This document shows, one piece after another, positions 46,529-57,002 of a DNA stretch of 64,000 bases. This stretch comes from Dehalococcoides mccartyi (GTDB lineage Bacteria; Chloroflexota; Dehalococcoidia; UBA2979). The translations under genes were made by a program, and so were the position numbers. Position 1 is the first letter of the stretch; each line of letters starts with the position of its first letter. The notes beneath the pieces are model-generated. The model was given only the letters and a program-made list of their open reading frames with translations, was not told where the DNA came from and did not search any database. Where the stretch lies: assembly GCA_945865925.1 (NCBI GenBank), contig CAMBFG010000002.1, forward strand, positions 12,421 to 76,420, given 5' to 3'.

Positions 46529-49174
46529 CTACTTCCGTGCCTTTCTTCGAGGGCTGGGCGTATCGGTGCTGCGCGCCTCGAGGGCGGTGAGACGGTCGGC
46601 GAGGCCTCGGTTTTCCTGCTGCAACTTCTCGAGTTCGTCCCGCAGCGCCTTCCCTTCCTTGCCACCGGCCGAAGCACGGTCGGCCAGGTGGCGAGCGGCG
46701 ATGCGATTCATCCGCTTCACGCGGCCGTCGAGGGCACGCTCGGAGGCGCTGCTGACGGCGGGGACGGCCTTCACATCGCCCGCAGCCTCCAGCGCCATCG
46801 TGGCGGCGATCTGGACGCGCAGCCAGCCGTCGTCTAGCAGTTCCTCCAGTCGCTCGCGGACGCGCACCTGCAGCGGACCTTCGAGGTAGGGGTACAGCGC
46901 ACCGAGCGCCGCCGTCGCCGCCCGCCGGGCGTTCTGGTGGACGCCCCACTGCGTGTGCGCGATCAGCACCTCGGCGGCCCGTACGTCGCGAAGCAGGCCA
47001 AGGCCGGTCACGGCGCCGACGGTGATCACATCGTTGTGGGCGGGACGGCCGATGACGCGCTTGATGCTCTCGAACGCGCCGGGCTGGAGCGTGCGGCCGA
47101 GCGCCTGCGCGGCGTTCATCTGGACGTAGTAAGAACGGTCTCCCTTGCCAGTGAGCAGGCGGGTGAGGGCCTGCGCCGTCGCCTCGTCGCGGAAGTTGCC
47201 GAGGGCGAGGGCGGCTGCGCGGCGGACGCGGGCCAGCGGCTCACGTGTGGCCGCGATCAGGACATCGCGCGCGGCGACGCCCTTGACCTTGCCGAGCGCG
47301 GCGGCCACCTCGGCACGGACGAAGTCGGCCTCATCTCGGTTGAGGACCGCCGTCTGCAGCGCGGTGATCGCCTCCGGCGTCCCTGCCTTCGCGAGGGCAC
47401 GCGCGGCATCGATGCGGCCGATCGCCTCCGGGTCTTTCGCCAACCGTGCGGCGAGTTGTTTCACACCGGGCGCGAAGTCGAGGGTCTTGAGGACGCGTCC
47501 CGCCGGGTCGATCGAGACGAACTCGGGCTCATCGGCGAGGCGGAAGACGAACGAGTGCGCGGCGTCCGTCACCTGCACGGTGTGGCGCTCGAACTCGCCG
47601 TCCACCATGAAGGCGATCTCGATCGGTGTCTGGTAGATCGAAGTCAGGGTGTCGTCAGGCGTCTGGGTCTGCATCAGGCCGACGGTCGCGAGGTGCTGCT
47701 TCGCGTCCCACGCATACGAGGCCTTGAACTCGGGGTGGCCGCCCTTCCATACCCACTGGGCGAAGAAGCCATCCATGTTGCGGCCGGTGGCCTCCTCAAT
47801 GGCGCGCTGGAGGTCGTGCGTCAGGACATCCTGCTCAGCGTGCTTCTGCACGTAGTGCCGGATGGCAGCCCACCACAGGTCATCGCCGAGGTTGTAGCGC
47901 AGCATGTCGAGGACGACCGAACCGCGCTCGTACAGGTGGCGGTCGAACACATCGATCGGGTCGCGGTAGACGTTCTCGACCAGCGGGCGGCGGTAGGCGG
48001 CGGTGTCCTCCTGCAGGTACAGCTCGCCGTTCTGCAGGATGTTGTAGCGGAACGCGTCCCAGCCTCGATGGTGCTCCACGAAGAGGGCATCGAAGTAGGT
48101 GGCGAAGGACTCGTTGAGCCAGCCGTGCGACCACTCCCGACAGGTGAGCAGGTCGCCGAACCACTGGTGGGCGAGTTCGTGGGCGGTGATCGAGTCGCAC
48201 GGCTCGACGATGTCCTCGTGCGCGCGCTCGTCGTGGAGCAGCGTGTCGGTCATCGTGGTGGCAGAGGTGTTCTCCATGCCGCCGAAGATGAAGTCCGCGA
48301 CGGCGACCGTGGCGTATTTCGCCCACGGATACGGCGTGCCGATCTTGTCCGCAAAGAACGTCACCATCTCCGGAGTCCGTCCGAAGGCGCGGCGCAGCGC
48401 GGGCGCCGAGCCGGGTGCGCCGTAGTACTGCACCGGCACGTCGCCAGCCTTCGCGCGCACCTCGTCGAACTCGCCGGCGGCGACGGTGATGAGGTACGCA
48501 GGGTGCGGGCGCTCCTGCTGCCAGTGGTAGGTCTTGGTCTTGCGGCGACGGTCCTCGGTCACCTCGTCGAGGCGGCCGTTGGAGAGCGCGAACCACGCGG
48601 CGGGCACCGTGAGGTGCGCCTCGCTGGTGAACTTCTCGCCGGGGAAGTCGAGGCAGGGGAAGTAGCAGGCGGAGTCTTCTGCCTGGCCCTGCGTCCAGAT
48701 CTGCTCCGGGCGCGCCGGATAGCCCTCGTCCGGTGCGTTGAAGTAGAGCCCGCGGCGCGGTGTCGCGGTGTACTCGACGACGACGGTGACGGACTGGCTC
48801 GCGCGACGCGCGCGACCGAGGTCCACCTTCAGCGTGCGGTCACCGAGGCTCCACGCAAGTTTATTCCCGTCCCCGTCAGCGACGGAGGCCACTTCGAGTT
48901 CGGAGGCGTCGAAGACAGCCTCGCGCAGGCCGTCGTGGCGAGGGCGGATGGTGGTGGCAGCGGTGCCGGCCACCGAACGGCGGGCGAGGTCGAAGGAGAG
49001 GTCGAGGCGGAGGTGCTCGACTTTGTAGGCGCGGTCGCGGCCCCAGACCGGGCGGTCGCCGGTGAGACGGAACGGTTCGCGGGCGGCCATCGCCGCCGCC
49101 CCCCAGCCAGCATCCAGGCCGTGACAGGCGGCCCCGAAGGCAGCCTCGAAGATGCGGGCGTCGATGTCGCTCAT
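46529..49174 (-). CDS. pepN: M1 family aminopeptidase with HEAT repeats and C-terminal coiled coil
   Basis: GGMEN, HELAHQWFG...WLNESFA, YERG. Confidence 0.92.
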   Translation of the reverse strand: MSDIDARIFEAAFGAACHGLDAGWGAAAMAAREPFRLTGDRPVWGRDRAYKVEHLRLDLSFDLARRSVAGTAATTIRPRHDGLREAVFDASELEVASVADGDGNKLAWSLGDRTLKVDLGRARRASQSVTVVVEYTATPRRGLYFNAPDEGYPARPEQIWTQGQAEDSACYFPCLDFPGEKFTSEAHLTVPAAWFALSNGRLDEVTEDRRRKTKTYHWQQERPHPAYLITVAAGEFDEVRAKAGDVPVQYYGAPGSAPALRRAFGRTPEMVTFFADKIGTPYPWAKYATVAVADFIFGGMENTSATTMTDTLLHDERAHEDIVEPCDSITAHELAHQWFGDLLTCREWSHGWLNESFATYFDALFVEHHRGWDAFRYNILQNGELYLQEDTAAYRRPLVENVYRDPIDVFDRHLYERGSVVLDMLRYNLGDDLWWAAIRHYVQKHAEQDVLTHDLQRAIEEATGRNMDGFFAQWVWKGGHPEFKASYAWDAKQHLATVGLMQTQTPDDTLTSIYQTPIEIAFMVDGEFERHTVQVTDAAHSFVFRLADEPEFVSIDPAGRVLKTLDFAPGVKQLAARLAKDPEAIGRIDAARALAKAGTPEAITALQTAVLNRDEADFVRAEVAAALGKVKGVAARDVLIAATREPLARVRRAAALALGNFRDEATAQALTRLLTGKGDRSYYVQMNAAQALGRTLQPGAFESIKRVIGRPAHNDVITVGAVTGLGLLRDVRAAEVLIAHTQWGVHQNARRAATAALGALYPYLEGPLQVRVRERLEELLDDGWLRVQIAATMALEAAGDVKAVPAVSSASERALDGRVKRMNRIAARHLADRASAGGKEGKALRDELEKLQQENRGLADRLTALEARSTDTPSPRRKARK

Positions 49175-49245
49175 GCGGCCTCCTGGGGCACGGACAGTCG
49201 GTCGGGAGTGCGAGCCTACGCCGAACGCGCGCGCCTTACGAGGGC

Positions 49246-49719
49246 CTAGCGGCGGTCGAGGGAGGCGAGCACGAGGCGCAGGCACGCCTCCGCGGCGGCG
49301 ATCTTGGTCGCCTCGCGGTCGCCGGGGAAGACGTGACGCTCGGCCACCTCGGTGTCCGCACCCGAGACGGCGATCCAGTACAGGCCGCCGGGGCGATCCG
49401 GGTTGCTGCTGGGGCCGGCGATGCCGCTCTCCGCGACGCAGAGGTCGGTCTGGAGGGCTGCGCGACCACCTCGGGCCATCGCGCGAGTCGCCTCTTCCGA
49501 GACGGAACCGTGGTCGCGCAGGGTCTCGGCGGGCACGTTGAGTAGAGCCATCTTCGGTCGCCCGTGGTAGGCGGTGATCCCGCCGACGAACACCTTCGAG
49601 GAGCCCGGGACATCCGTCAGGAGGTGACCGATGAGGCCGCCGATGGTCGACTCGGCGGTGCCAAGTGTGAGCCCCTCGGCGGTCATGCGCTCGACCACTT
49701 GCTTCGCGAGGTCGTTCAT
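49246..49719 (-). CDS. pncC: CinA C-terminal domain / NMN deamidase
   Basis: AESTIGG, PGSS, GSVS..A..MA, SGIAGP. Confidence 0.82.
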   Translation of the reverse strand: MNDLAKQVVERMTAEGLTLGTAESTIGGLIGHLLTDVPGSSKVFVGGITAYHGRPKMALLNVPAETLRDHGSVSEEATRAMARGGRAALQTDLCVAESGIAGPSSNPDRPGGLYWIAVSGADTEVAERHVFPGDREATKIAAAEACLRLVLASLDRR

Positions 49720-50252
49720 GCGGGGAACCCTTCGGCGGCGCGGATCTGCACGATCTGGCCGGTGTGGTCGGTGTCGTGGAGCCGCTGGAAGAGGAACCAG
49801 GCGCGGCAGTTCAACTCCCCGAACCAGCCGTGCCTCACCGTCACCTCAAGGTTGGGTGTCGCTGGCAACCGGCCGATCAGGCCCGCGAGTTCGAGGGACA
49901 CATCGACCAGCGCCTTCCGCGCGTCTGCGTAGGTGGCGTACTCGACGTCACCCTGCGTCGCGATCGGATCCTCGGGAGCGGTGCCACCGCTCGCGGTCGC
50001 CTCGATGATCGCGAGGACGTTGCGGCTGGAGGTCGCGATGTGGCGCGTGACCATCGCAATGCTCCACGGCTGCTCCTCGCCCGGATGACCGGCCGGACGG
50101 AACGCGGCCTGCGCCTCGGTCAGATCGGCGACGGCGGCGAGGAGGGCGCTGCGGGCCTCCATTACTCGAGGCCACGCGGCCGCGAAGTCCAACTTCTCCG
50201 CCTGCCCGATCAGGTACGAGCGCCCTCGCGCCCAGAGTTCCTCTTGCGTCAC
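49716..50252 (-). CDS. DinB superfamily protein
   Basis: WSIAMVTRH...HGWFG...HDTDHTGQI. Confidence 0.82.
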   Translation of the reverse strand: MTQEELWARGRSYLIGQAEKLDFAAAWPRVMEARSALLAAVADLTEAQAAFRPAGHPGEEQPWSIAMVTRHIATSSRNVLAIIEATASGGTAPEDPIATQGDVEYATYADARKALVDVSLELAGLIGRLPATPNLEVTVRHGWFGELNCRAWFLFQRLHDTDHTGQIVQIRAAEGFPA

Positions 50253-51004
50253 GAGCGGCCCACGATCCGCTGCGTCGCCTTCGCGAAGCGCGCGACGTGA
50301 TCCGCACCACCGCGCAGCAGTTGATCCGCCTGCTGCTCCATGCCTCGGGCGTCGCCCCCACTCACCGAGGCGTCGATGGTCTGCTTGGCCCAGCGCAGCG
50401 CGAGCGGGGAAGCCGCCGCGATGGCACTCGCGACCTCGTCCACGGCGGCGGGGAAGTCAGCCAGCGGCACGACACGGTTGACGAGGCCGAGACGCAGGGC
50501 CTCCTCCGGCCCGACCGCGCGACCGGTGAAGATCAGTTCCTTCGCCACCGGCGCCCCGACGATCTTCGGCAGCGCCGCAGCGCCGATGACCAGTCCATAC
50601 TCGGAACCGGGGAAACGGAAGCGCGCGCGGTCTGAGGCGATGCGGATGTCTGCCGTGCATGCGATCAGTGCGCCGGCCCCATAGGCCGGGCCGTCTACTG
50701 CGGCGATGATCGGCTTGGTGGAGGCAGCGATGCGCTGGGCCGCGCGGGCGGACGGGTCGAAGCGGCGGTTGCCCTTCAGGTTCTCTTCGTTCGCCTGCGC
50801 CATGTCCGCGCCGGCACAGAACGAGCCGTCCGTGCCCTCGATCACGATGACGACGACGTTGTCATCGTCATCGAAGGCGACCATCGCCTCCGAGATCAGG
50901 CCACCGAGCTCGGTCGTGATCGCGTTGCGCTTGTCCGCGCGGTTGAGGCGCAGACGGCCGACACCGCCAGCCACGGTGGTCACCAGCAGCGGCTCGGTCA
51001 TCAT
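50249..51004 (-). CDS. Crotonase (enoyl-CoA hydratase/isomerase) family protein
   Basis: LNRADKRNA, FCAGADM, KPIIAAVDG, GLVNRVV. Confidence 0.9.
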   Translation of the reverse strand: MMTEPLLVTTVAGGVGRLRLNRADKRNAITTELGGLISEAMVAFDDDDNVVVIVIEGTDGSFCAGADMAQANEENLKGNRRFDPSARAAQRIAASTKPIIAAVDGPAYGAGALIACTADIRIASDRARFRFPGSEYGLVIGAAALPKIVGAPVAKELIFTGRAVGPEEALRLGLVNRVVPLADFPAAVDEVASAIAAASPLALRWAKQTIDASVSGGDARGMEQQADQLLRGGADHVARFAKATQRIVGRS

Positions 51005-51041
51005 CCACTCCCTCGAATGCGCCTCGACGGCCCGATGCGGG

Positions 51042-52310
51042 TTACAGGATGGCGCCTTCGGCACGCATCGCGGCGATCTCGGCGGTGGAGAGGCCGGCCT
51101 CGCCCAACACCACGTCCGTGTCCCGCCCGAGCGGTGGGGACGCCTTCGTGGGTGTGGGTGGGGTCTTGCTCATCTTCCACGGCGCGGCCTGCATCCAGAC
51201 CGGACCGGCGAGTTCGTGGTCGTGCTCGACGACATACTCGTTCGCCACGATCTGCGGATGGTCCAGCAATTCCTGGACGAAGTTGACCGAGCCACAGGGC
51301 ACGCCACCAGCGGTGAGGATCACGTCCCACTCGGCTGTGGTCTTCGTCTTGAACAACGCTTCGGTCCGTGCGATCAACGCCTTGTCGATGGCGATCTGCG
51401 CCGGGTCCTGCGCGTTGTATCCCGGCTCGTCGCGGTTGTGCTCGAAGCCGAGGGTCGCCCTGACTTTAGCACGGAGGGCAGCCGAGAGGGCACCGATGGC
51501 GATCGCGCCGTCCTGCGTCAGGAAGCAGCGGTAGTAGACGTTCCCGCCGGCCGCCGCGCGCAGCATCGCCTCTCGCACCTTGAGGAATTCGGAGTACGGC
51601 ATGCCGGTGTCGCGCGCCTTCTGGAGGGCATTCAAAAAGCCTTCGCGCACCGCCGAATCGGCAGCGGGGATCGAGGCAAACTGGCTCATGTGGATCGTGA
51701 GCGCATTGATGAGGAGCGAGGTCTCCACCATCTGGCCTTCGCCCGTCTTCGCCTTGTGGTACAGCGCCGCGAGCGTGCCCGCACAGACGGCGTAGCCCGT
51801 GGTGGTATCCGCGACGGCGGGCCCGGTGAGCGGCTGGCCGTTGTCATCGACCTTCGCGACCGCGCCGGTGAGGCCGGAGAGCGCCTGCACGACGATGTCG
51901 TAGCCGGGGCGGTCGGCGAGCGGGCCCTCGCGACCGAAGGCGGTGTTGTCGACGTAGATCAGGTCGGGCTTGAGGGCCGCGAGGGTGTCGTAGTCGATCT
52001 TCAGGCGCTTCGCGACGTCCGGTCGATAGTTGATGACCACCACGTCCATCTGCTTCACGAGCCGGTGGATCGCCGCCTGGGACGAGGGCTTCGAGACATC
52101 GATGGCAAGCGAGCGCTTGCCTCGGTTGAGGCCCATGTACGTCTTGGACTCCAGGGGCATGAACTGAGCGTTCAGCCGCCAGGGCTCGCCTCCCGGGGGT
52201 TCCACCTTGATGACGTCAGCACCGAGGTCTGCCAGCAACTGGCAGCCCATGGGGCCCGCAATGATCTGCGTGAACTCCAGAATCTTGACGCCAACGAGCG
52301 GCCCCGCCAT
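51042..52310 (-). CDS. CaiB/BaiF class III CoA transferase
   Basis: IAGP, DLGADVIKVEPPGG, NRGKRS, NYRP, PGYD, catalytic-region ADTTTG. Confidence 0.93.
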   Translation of the reverse strand: MAGPLVGVKILEFTQIIAGPMGCQLLADLGADVIKVEPPGGEPWRLNAQFMPLESKTYMGLNRGKRSLAIDVSKPSSQAAIHRLVKQMDVVVINYRPDVAKRLKIDYDTLAALKPDLIYVDNTAFGREGPLADRPGYDIVVQALSGLTGAVAKVDDNGQPLTGPAVADTTTGYAVCAGTLAALYHKAKTGEGQMVETSLLINALTIHMSQFASIPAADSAVREGFLNALQKARDTGMPYSEFLKVREAMLRAAAGGNVYYRCFLTQDGAIAIGALSAALRAKVRATLGFEHNRDEPGYNAQDPAQIAIDKALIARTEALFKTKTTAEWDVILTAGGVPCGSVNFVQELLDHPQIVANEYVVEHDHELAGPVWMQAAPWKMSKTPPTPTKASPPLGRDTDVVLGEAGLSTAEIAAMRAEGAIL

Positions 52311-52415
52311 GCAATCCTCCCGCAAACCGGGTTATCCCCATTCGCGGTGGCCCGCGACCCGGCCGCGGGAGTGTACGGGAGTCTTTCAGACAGAGTCACC
52401 AGCGTGCTGAGCCCG

Positions 52416-53690
52416 CTATGCGATGACGTTCCGAGCCCGCAGTGCTGCGCGCTGCTCCGCGCTGTACCCCAGCGCCGCCACGATCTCGTCTGTGTGTTTG
52501 CCCAGGACGGGCGACGGGCCCTGCACCTCGAGCGGCGTCCTGCTCATGCGCACCATGGGACCGACCTGCGTCTGCGGGCCGGAGAGTTCGTGCTCCACGG
52601 TCACGGGGATGTCGTTCGCAACCACCTGCGGGTCGGTCAGCATGTCCTCCACGAAGTTGAGCGGACCGGACGGCACCCCGTGGGCCTCGAGGATGGCGAG
52701 CCATTCGTCGGAGGTCTTGGTGCGGAAGGTGGCTTCGACCTCCGCGACGCGCCCTCGTGCCATCTCGGCGTAGACGGGGTCCGCCATGTTGTAGCCGGGG
52801 TCGGCCATGCCGAGGAAGTCCGTACCGACGGCTGCACGGACCTTCGCCCAGAGCGTGGGTGAGAGCGCCCCGATGGCGACCGCACCGTCCTTGGTCGCGT
52901 AGCAGCGGTAGTAGATGTTCCCGACGCGGCCGAGTTGCGCCGCCTGATAGGCACCGATGAGGTCGGAGTAGGGCGCGTTCTCCGCCTGCAACCCGTGGAC
53001 CCGGTCCATCTTGCCGTACTTCAAGGCGTCGGCCGCGGGGAGGTCCATCGCCGCCGTGCCCTGGAACGCGAGGGCGGTGTTGAGCAGCGTCGTCTCGATC
53101 ATCTGGCCTTCGCCGGTGCGCTCGCGGTGGAACAGCGCGGCACAGACCGACCACGCGATGGCCACTCCGGTGCCATAGTCCGCGATCGCCGTCGAGGTGA
53201 TCGACAGCGGTGCACCAGCCGGATCAACTTTGCCTTCGCCGATCATGAGGCCGGAGACGGCCTGCGCGACGATGTCGTAGCCGGGGCGGAGTGCCCACGG
53301 GCCTCGACGGCCCCACGCGGTGTTGTCGACGTAGATCAGGTTGGGACGGATCTTCGAGAGCGTCTCGTAGTCGATGCCGAGTTTCGCGGGGACATCCGGG
53401 CGGTAGTTGATCACGACCACATCGATCGTCGGGATCATCCGGTGGACGATCTCCTGCGCGTCTGGCTCCTGCATGGAGAGGACCAGCGACTTCTTCCCTC
53501 GGTTGAGGGACTGGAAGGTCTTGGACTCGCCGGGCATGAACTGGGAGAAGAGCCGCCAGGGCTCGCCTCCCGGGGGTTCGACCTTGATGACCTCTGCGCC
53601 CATGTCTGCCAGATTCTGGCAGCCGAAGGGGCCGGCAATGATCTGGGTGAACTCAAGCACTCGAATGCCGTTGAGCGGTCCTGAAGCCAT
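52416..53690 (-). CDS. CaiB/BaiF class III CoA transferase (tandem paralog)
   Basis: IAGP, DMGAEVIKVEPPGG, NRGKKS, PGYD, ADYGTG. Confidence 0.93.
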   Translation of the reverse strand: MASGPLNGIRVLEFTQIIAGPFGCQNLADMGAEVIKVEPPGGEPWRLFSQFMPGESKTFQSLNRGKKSLVLSMQEPDAQEIVHRMIPTIDVVVINYRPDVPAKLGIDYETLSKIRPNLIYVDNTAWGRRGPWALRPGYDIVAQAVSGLMIGEGKVDPAGAPLSITSTAIADYGTGVAIAWSVCAALFHRERTGEGQMIETTLLNTALAFQGTAAMDLPAADALKYGKMDRVHGLQAENAPYSDLIGAYQAAQLGRVGNIYYRCYATKDGAVAIGALSPTLWAKVRAAVGTDFLGMADPGYNMADPVYAEMARGRVAEVEATFRTKTSDEWLAILEAHGVPSGPLNFVEDMLTDPQVVANDIPVTVEHELSGPQTQVGPMVRMSRTPLEVQGPSPVLGKHTDEIVAALGYSAEQRAALRARNVIA

Positions 53691-53803
53691 GGGGTGCCTC
53701 CCGTGCTGCCTCGAAGCGGGCGCATGCTAGCAGTACGTCACTCATCCGACGCCGCGCGCGAGGCAGTTTGCCCGCCCCTCGGAGCGCCCGTAGGCTCCCC
53801 GGC

Positions 53804-55024
53804 ATGACCACCGCTGGCAGCGACCCCTTCTCCGAGGCCGCCATCGAGGCGCTGCTGGCGCCCGCGATGCGCCGCCTGCCGCCGCCCACCTCGCTATCGC
53901 CGCTGCCTTACGACCTCAACGCCGGCGTCCCCGACCGCGACTCGCTGCCCTGGCGCGAGTTGCTCGAAGCGACTCGTGCCGCCCTCGAGGAGGACGCGGC
54001 AGGTGCGCTCACCTACGGGGGTCAGGCTGGCTACGAGCCGCTGCGGGCGTGGGTCGCTGAGCGTCAGGCGGCCGAGACCGGACTCCCGGTGACCGCTGCG
54101 AACGTGACGATCACCGCTGGCAGCGCGCAGGGCATCGACAACGTCGCGGCGGCGTTCATCGCGGACGGCGATGTCGTCATCACCGGCGCGCCCACCTACC
54201 CCGGCGCGATCCGGACGTTCCGCGCACGCGGCGCGCAGGTCATCGATGTCCCCCAGGACGACGATGGCCTCGTCATGCCCGCGCTCGCGAGGGTGCTCGA
54301 CACCCGCCGGATGACCGGCAAGCAGGCGAAGGTGATCTATGTCACCGCGAACTACGACAACCCGAGTGGCAGCACGCTCACCCTCGAACGCCGTCAGCGG
54401 CTCGTCGAGCTGGCGCGCGAGCACAGGGTGCTCATCCTGGAAGACGACGCATATACCGGCATCGACCTCGACGGGCCGCCGCCCACCTCGCTGTTCGCGG
54501 TCGCGGGTGGGCGCGGGATCGTGCGCTGCGGGACCTTCTCGAAGACGGTGGCGACTGGCCTGCGGGTCGGCTTCATCGTGGCGCAGACCGAGGTGATCGC
54601 GCGCCTCGTACTGGCGCGGTTCGACAACGGCGGGCCGCCGATCCTGCACCGCCTGCTGTACCACTACCTCCGCTCGGGCCACTACGACCCGCACGTGGCG
54701 AGGCTGCAGGAGATCTACCGCGAGCGACGAGACGTGACCGCAGACGCCCTCCGCGACCTCTGTGAGCCATACGTCACCTTCCGCACCCCTCGAGGGGGCT
54801 TCTTCCACTGGCTCAAACTCGCCCCGGGCCTCGATGCCGCCACCGTCTTCCGGGCCGCTGCCGCGCGGGGCGTCGCGGTTACCCCCGGCACGGGCTATTT
54901 CGCCAACGGCGGCGGCGAGGACCGCATCCGCCTCGTCTACTCCGCTCTGCCACCAGCCGACCTCCGCAAGGCGATCGAGGCGTTCGCGGAGGCCCTCGCC
55001 GCGGTCGCCGCCGGCCGCGAGTAG
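53804..55024 (+). CDS. PLP-dependent class I aminotransferase (LysN/ARO8-like)
   Basis: LTYG, DNPSG, EDDAY, TFSKTVATGLRVG. Confidence 0.9.
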   Translation: MTTAGSDPFSEAAIEALLAPAMRRLPPPTSLSPLPYDLNAGVPDRDSLPWRELLEATRAALEEDAAGALTYGGQAGYEPLRAWVAERQAAETGLPVTAANVTITAGSAQGIDNVAAAFIADGDVVITGAPTYPGAIRTFRARGAQVIDVPQDDDGLVMPALARVLDTRRMTGKQAKVIYVTANYDNPSGSTLTLERRQRLVELAREHRVLILEDDAYTGIDLDGPPPTSLFAVAGGRGIVRCGTFSKTVATGLRVGFIVAQTEVIARLVLARFDNGGPPILHRLLYHYLRSGHYDPHVARLQEIYRERRDVTADALRDLCEPYVTFRTPRGGFFHWLKLAPGLDAATVFRAAAARGVAVTPGTGYFANGGGEDRIRLVYSALPPADLRKAIEAFAEALAAVAAGRE

Positions 55025-55102
55025 AGCCTCGAATCCGGGCAGGGCGAGCGCACGTTCGGTCAGCACCGGTCGTTACACCTGTAGAAGGCCTCCTGAAAGA
55101 CA

Positions 55103-55131
55103 TTGCAAGCGTGTTTCACGCGACATAGGAT
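55103..55131 (+). promoter_or_regulatory. Sigma70-type promoter of the second aminotransferase
   Basis: TTGCAA, 17-bp spacer, TAGGAT. Confidence 0.6.
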
Positions 55132-55236
55132 GGCCTCACAGCGGGTCGGGAATCGGATGTTTGTAGCGGACGCCCCAGCGTCCGAGCCGCCGCACACCCC
55201 TAGCGGGGACGGCCCGATGCAGGAACGGATCAGCCC

Positions 55237-56559
55237 ATGAACGCTCGACGCAACCTCCGACCGGTTGATGCGGACGTGTCGCGGCTGGCTGCTGACCTGC
55301 GCGGCCAATGGGCGAAGCGCGACATCGAGGCGATGGCCTCGGAAGCGGCGCGCAACGTCTCCGCCGGCAACGCGACCGACTGGGGCATGACCACCGACAT
55401 TCACTCGGAACTCGAACCGATCGTGCTCGGCGGCGGCATCCCCGCGCCGGAGACGCTGCCGCGCAAGGCGCTGATGGAGGCGATGGACCGCGCCCTCAAC
55501 ACCGAGGAACGCGACGACGGCCCGCTGCGCTACGGCGGCGCGTACGGCTTCGAACCGCTGCGCGACCTGCTGGCCCAGCGCTACACGCGCGACCGCGGAT
55601 TCACGGTGACGTCCGACTGGTTCATGCTCTCGAACGGATCCGCGGGCGCCATCGATCAGGTGTGCGCGACGTTCATCCAGCCGGGCGACGTGGTGATCTC
55701 CGAGGCGCCCACGTTCTCCGGCACCACACGCACCTTCCGTGGCCACCAGGCCGAGATCGTCACCGTGAGCATGGATGACGACGGCATGTGCGTGGATGAA
55801 CTGGAGCCGCTGATCCAATCCCTGCAGCGGCAGGGCAAGAAGATCAAGTTCATCTACACGATCAGCAACTTCCACAACCCCATGGGCGTCACGCTCACCC
55901 TCGAGCGGCGCGTGGAACTGCTGAAGGTCGCAGCGAAGTACGGCATCTTCGTCCTGGACGACGACGCGTACGGCGAACTCTATTTCGAGGGCGTCCACCA
56001 CCCACCCGCACTCTCCGCGCTCTCACAGTGCGAGGGCGTGATCAGCGTCGGCACGTTCTCCAAGATCATCGCGACGGGGCTGCGTGTGGGCTGGATCCAT
56101 GCGACGCCGAACGTCATCGAGCAGTTGGTGCGGATGCGGTTCGAGATGGGGAACTCGCCGCTGTTGCACCGAATGCTCTTCGAGTTCTCGAAGGACGGCG
56201 CACTGGACGCACACATCGCGAAGGTGCGGGCGATCTACCAGCGCAAGGCCGACCTGATCGCGGCCGGCCTGCGCGAGTTCTGTGAGCCGTACGTCTCCTT
56301 CCGCCGCCCGAACGGCGGCTTCTTCCTGTGGGTGGACCTCCTTGGCGGCCTGAACGGCGGCGAAGTCCAGCAGCAGGCGATCATCGAAGGCCTCGTGGCG
56401 GCCGCCGGGTACGGGTTCTTCCCGGACCGCGTGGACACCGGTAACCACATCCGCCTCGCCTACTCCTGGGTACCCGAGGACGAACTGCGCGAGGCCGCCC
56501 GCCGCCTCGCCATCGCCTGCGCGAAGGTCGCGGAGCGCGAGGCCCTGCCGAAGAAGTAG
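55237..56559 (+). CDS. PLP-dependent class I aminotransferase (paralog)
   Basis: LRYG, FHNPMG, DDDAYGEL, TFSKIIATGLRVG. Confidence 0.9.
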   Translation: MNARRNLRPVDADVSRLAADLRGQWAKRDIEAMASEAARNVSAGNATDWGMTTDIHSELEPIVLGGGIPAPETLPRKALMEAMDRALNTEERDDGPLRYGGAYGFEPLRDLLAQRYTRDRGFTVTSDWFMLSNGSAGAIDQVCATFIQPGDVVISEAPTFSGTTRTFRGHQAEIVTVSMDDDGMCVDELEPLIQSLQRQGKKIKFIYTISNFHNPMGVTLTLERRVELLKVAAKYGIFVLDDDAYGELYFEGVHHPPALSALSQCEGVISVGTFSKIIATGLRVGWIHATPNVIEQLVRMRFEMGNSPLLHRMLFEFSKDGALDAHIAKVRAIYQRKADLIAAGLREFCEPYVSFRRPNGGFFLWVDLLGGLNGGEVQQQAIIEGLVAAAGYGFFPDRVDTGNHIRLAYSWVPEDELREAARRLAIACAKVAEREALPKK

Positions 56560-56652
56560 CACCCGCGGTTGTCCCGAGACTCTTTCGAGCCCGGCGTATC
56601 ATCGGCCACCGGCGCGGCACCTCGATGGTGCGTGCGCCCTCGGAGGTGGCCC

Positions 56653-56943
56653 ATGCCCGACCGTCGTGTCCCCCGCGCCTTCAACCTCCCGTGGGGCTCC
56701 GGCCAGATCACGGAGGAGGCCCACATCGAGGGCGGCCTGCACCAGCCCGCGCTCCAACTGCTGAAGTACGAACTCGGCGAGAAGAAGGGCCAGACCGCGA
56801 TCCGCTTCGTCGCCTACGACGAGGAGGGCCACATGGAACAGCGCCCGCTGATCGTGAACGAGCGCGAGGTCGCCACCCTGCGCAAAGAGATCGCGCGATC
56901 GCCTCGTCTGAAGGCGCTGCTCAAGCGCCTCGTCGAGGACTAG
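56653..56943 (+). CDS. Hypothetical protein (96 aa)
   Basis: GGAGG RBS, ATG 56653, protein-like sequence FNLPWGSGQITEEA... Confidence 0.7.
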   Translation: MPDRRVPRAFNLPWGSGQITEEAHIEGGLHQPALQLLKYELGEKKGQTAIRFVAYDEEGHMEQRPLIVNEREVATLRKEIARSPRLKALLKRLVED

Positions 56944-57002
56944 CGGACACTCCAAGTCTTGAGAGGGCCGTGAGCAAGACAGCCCGCGGATGGAGTGTGC
57001 AG

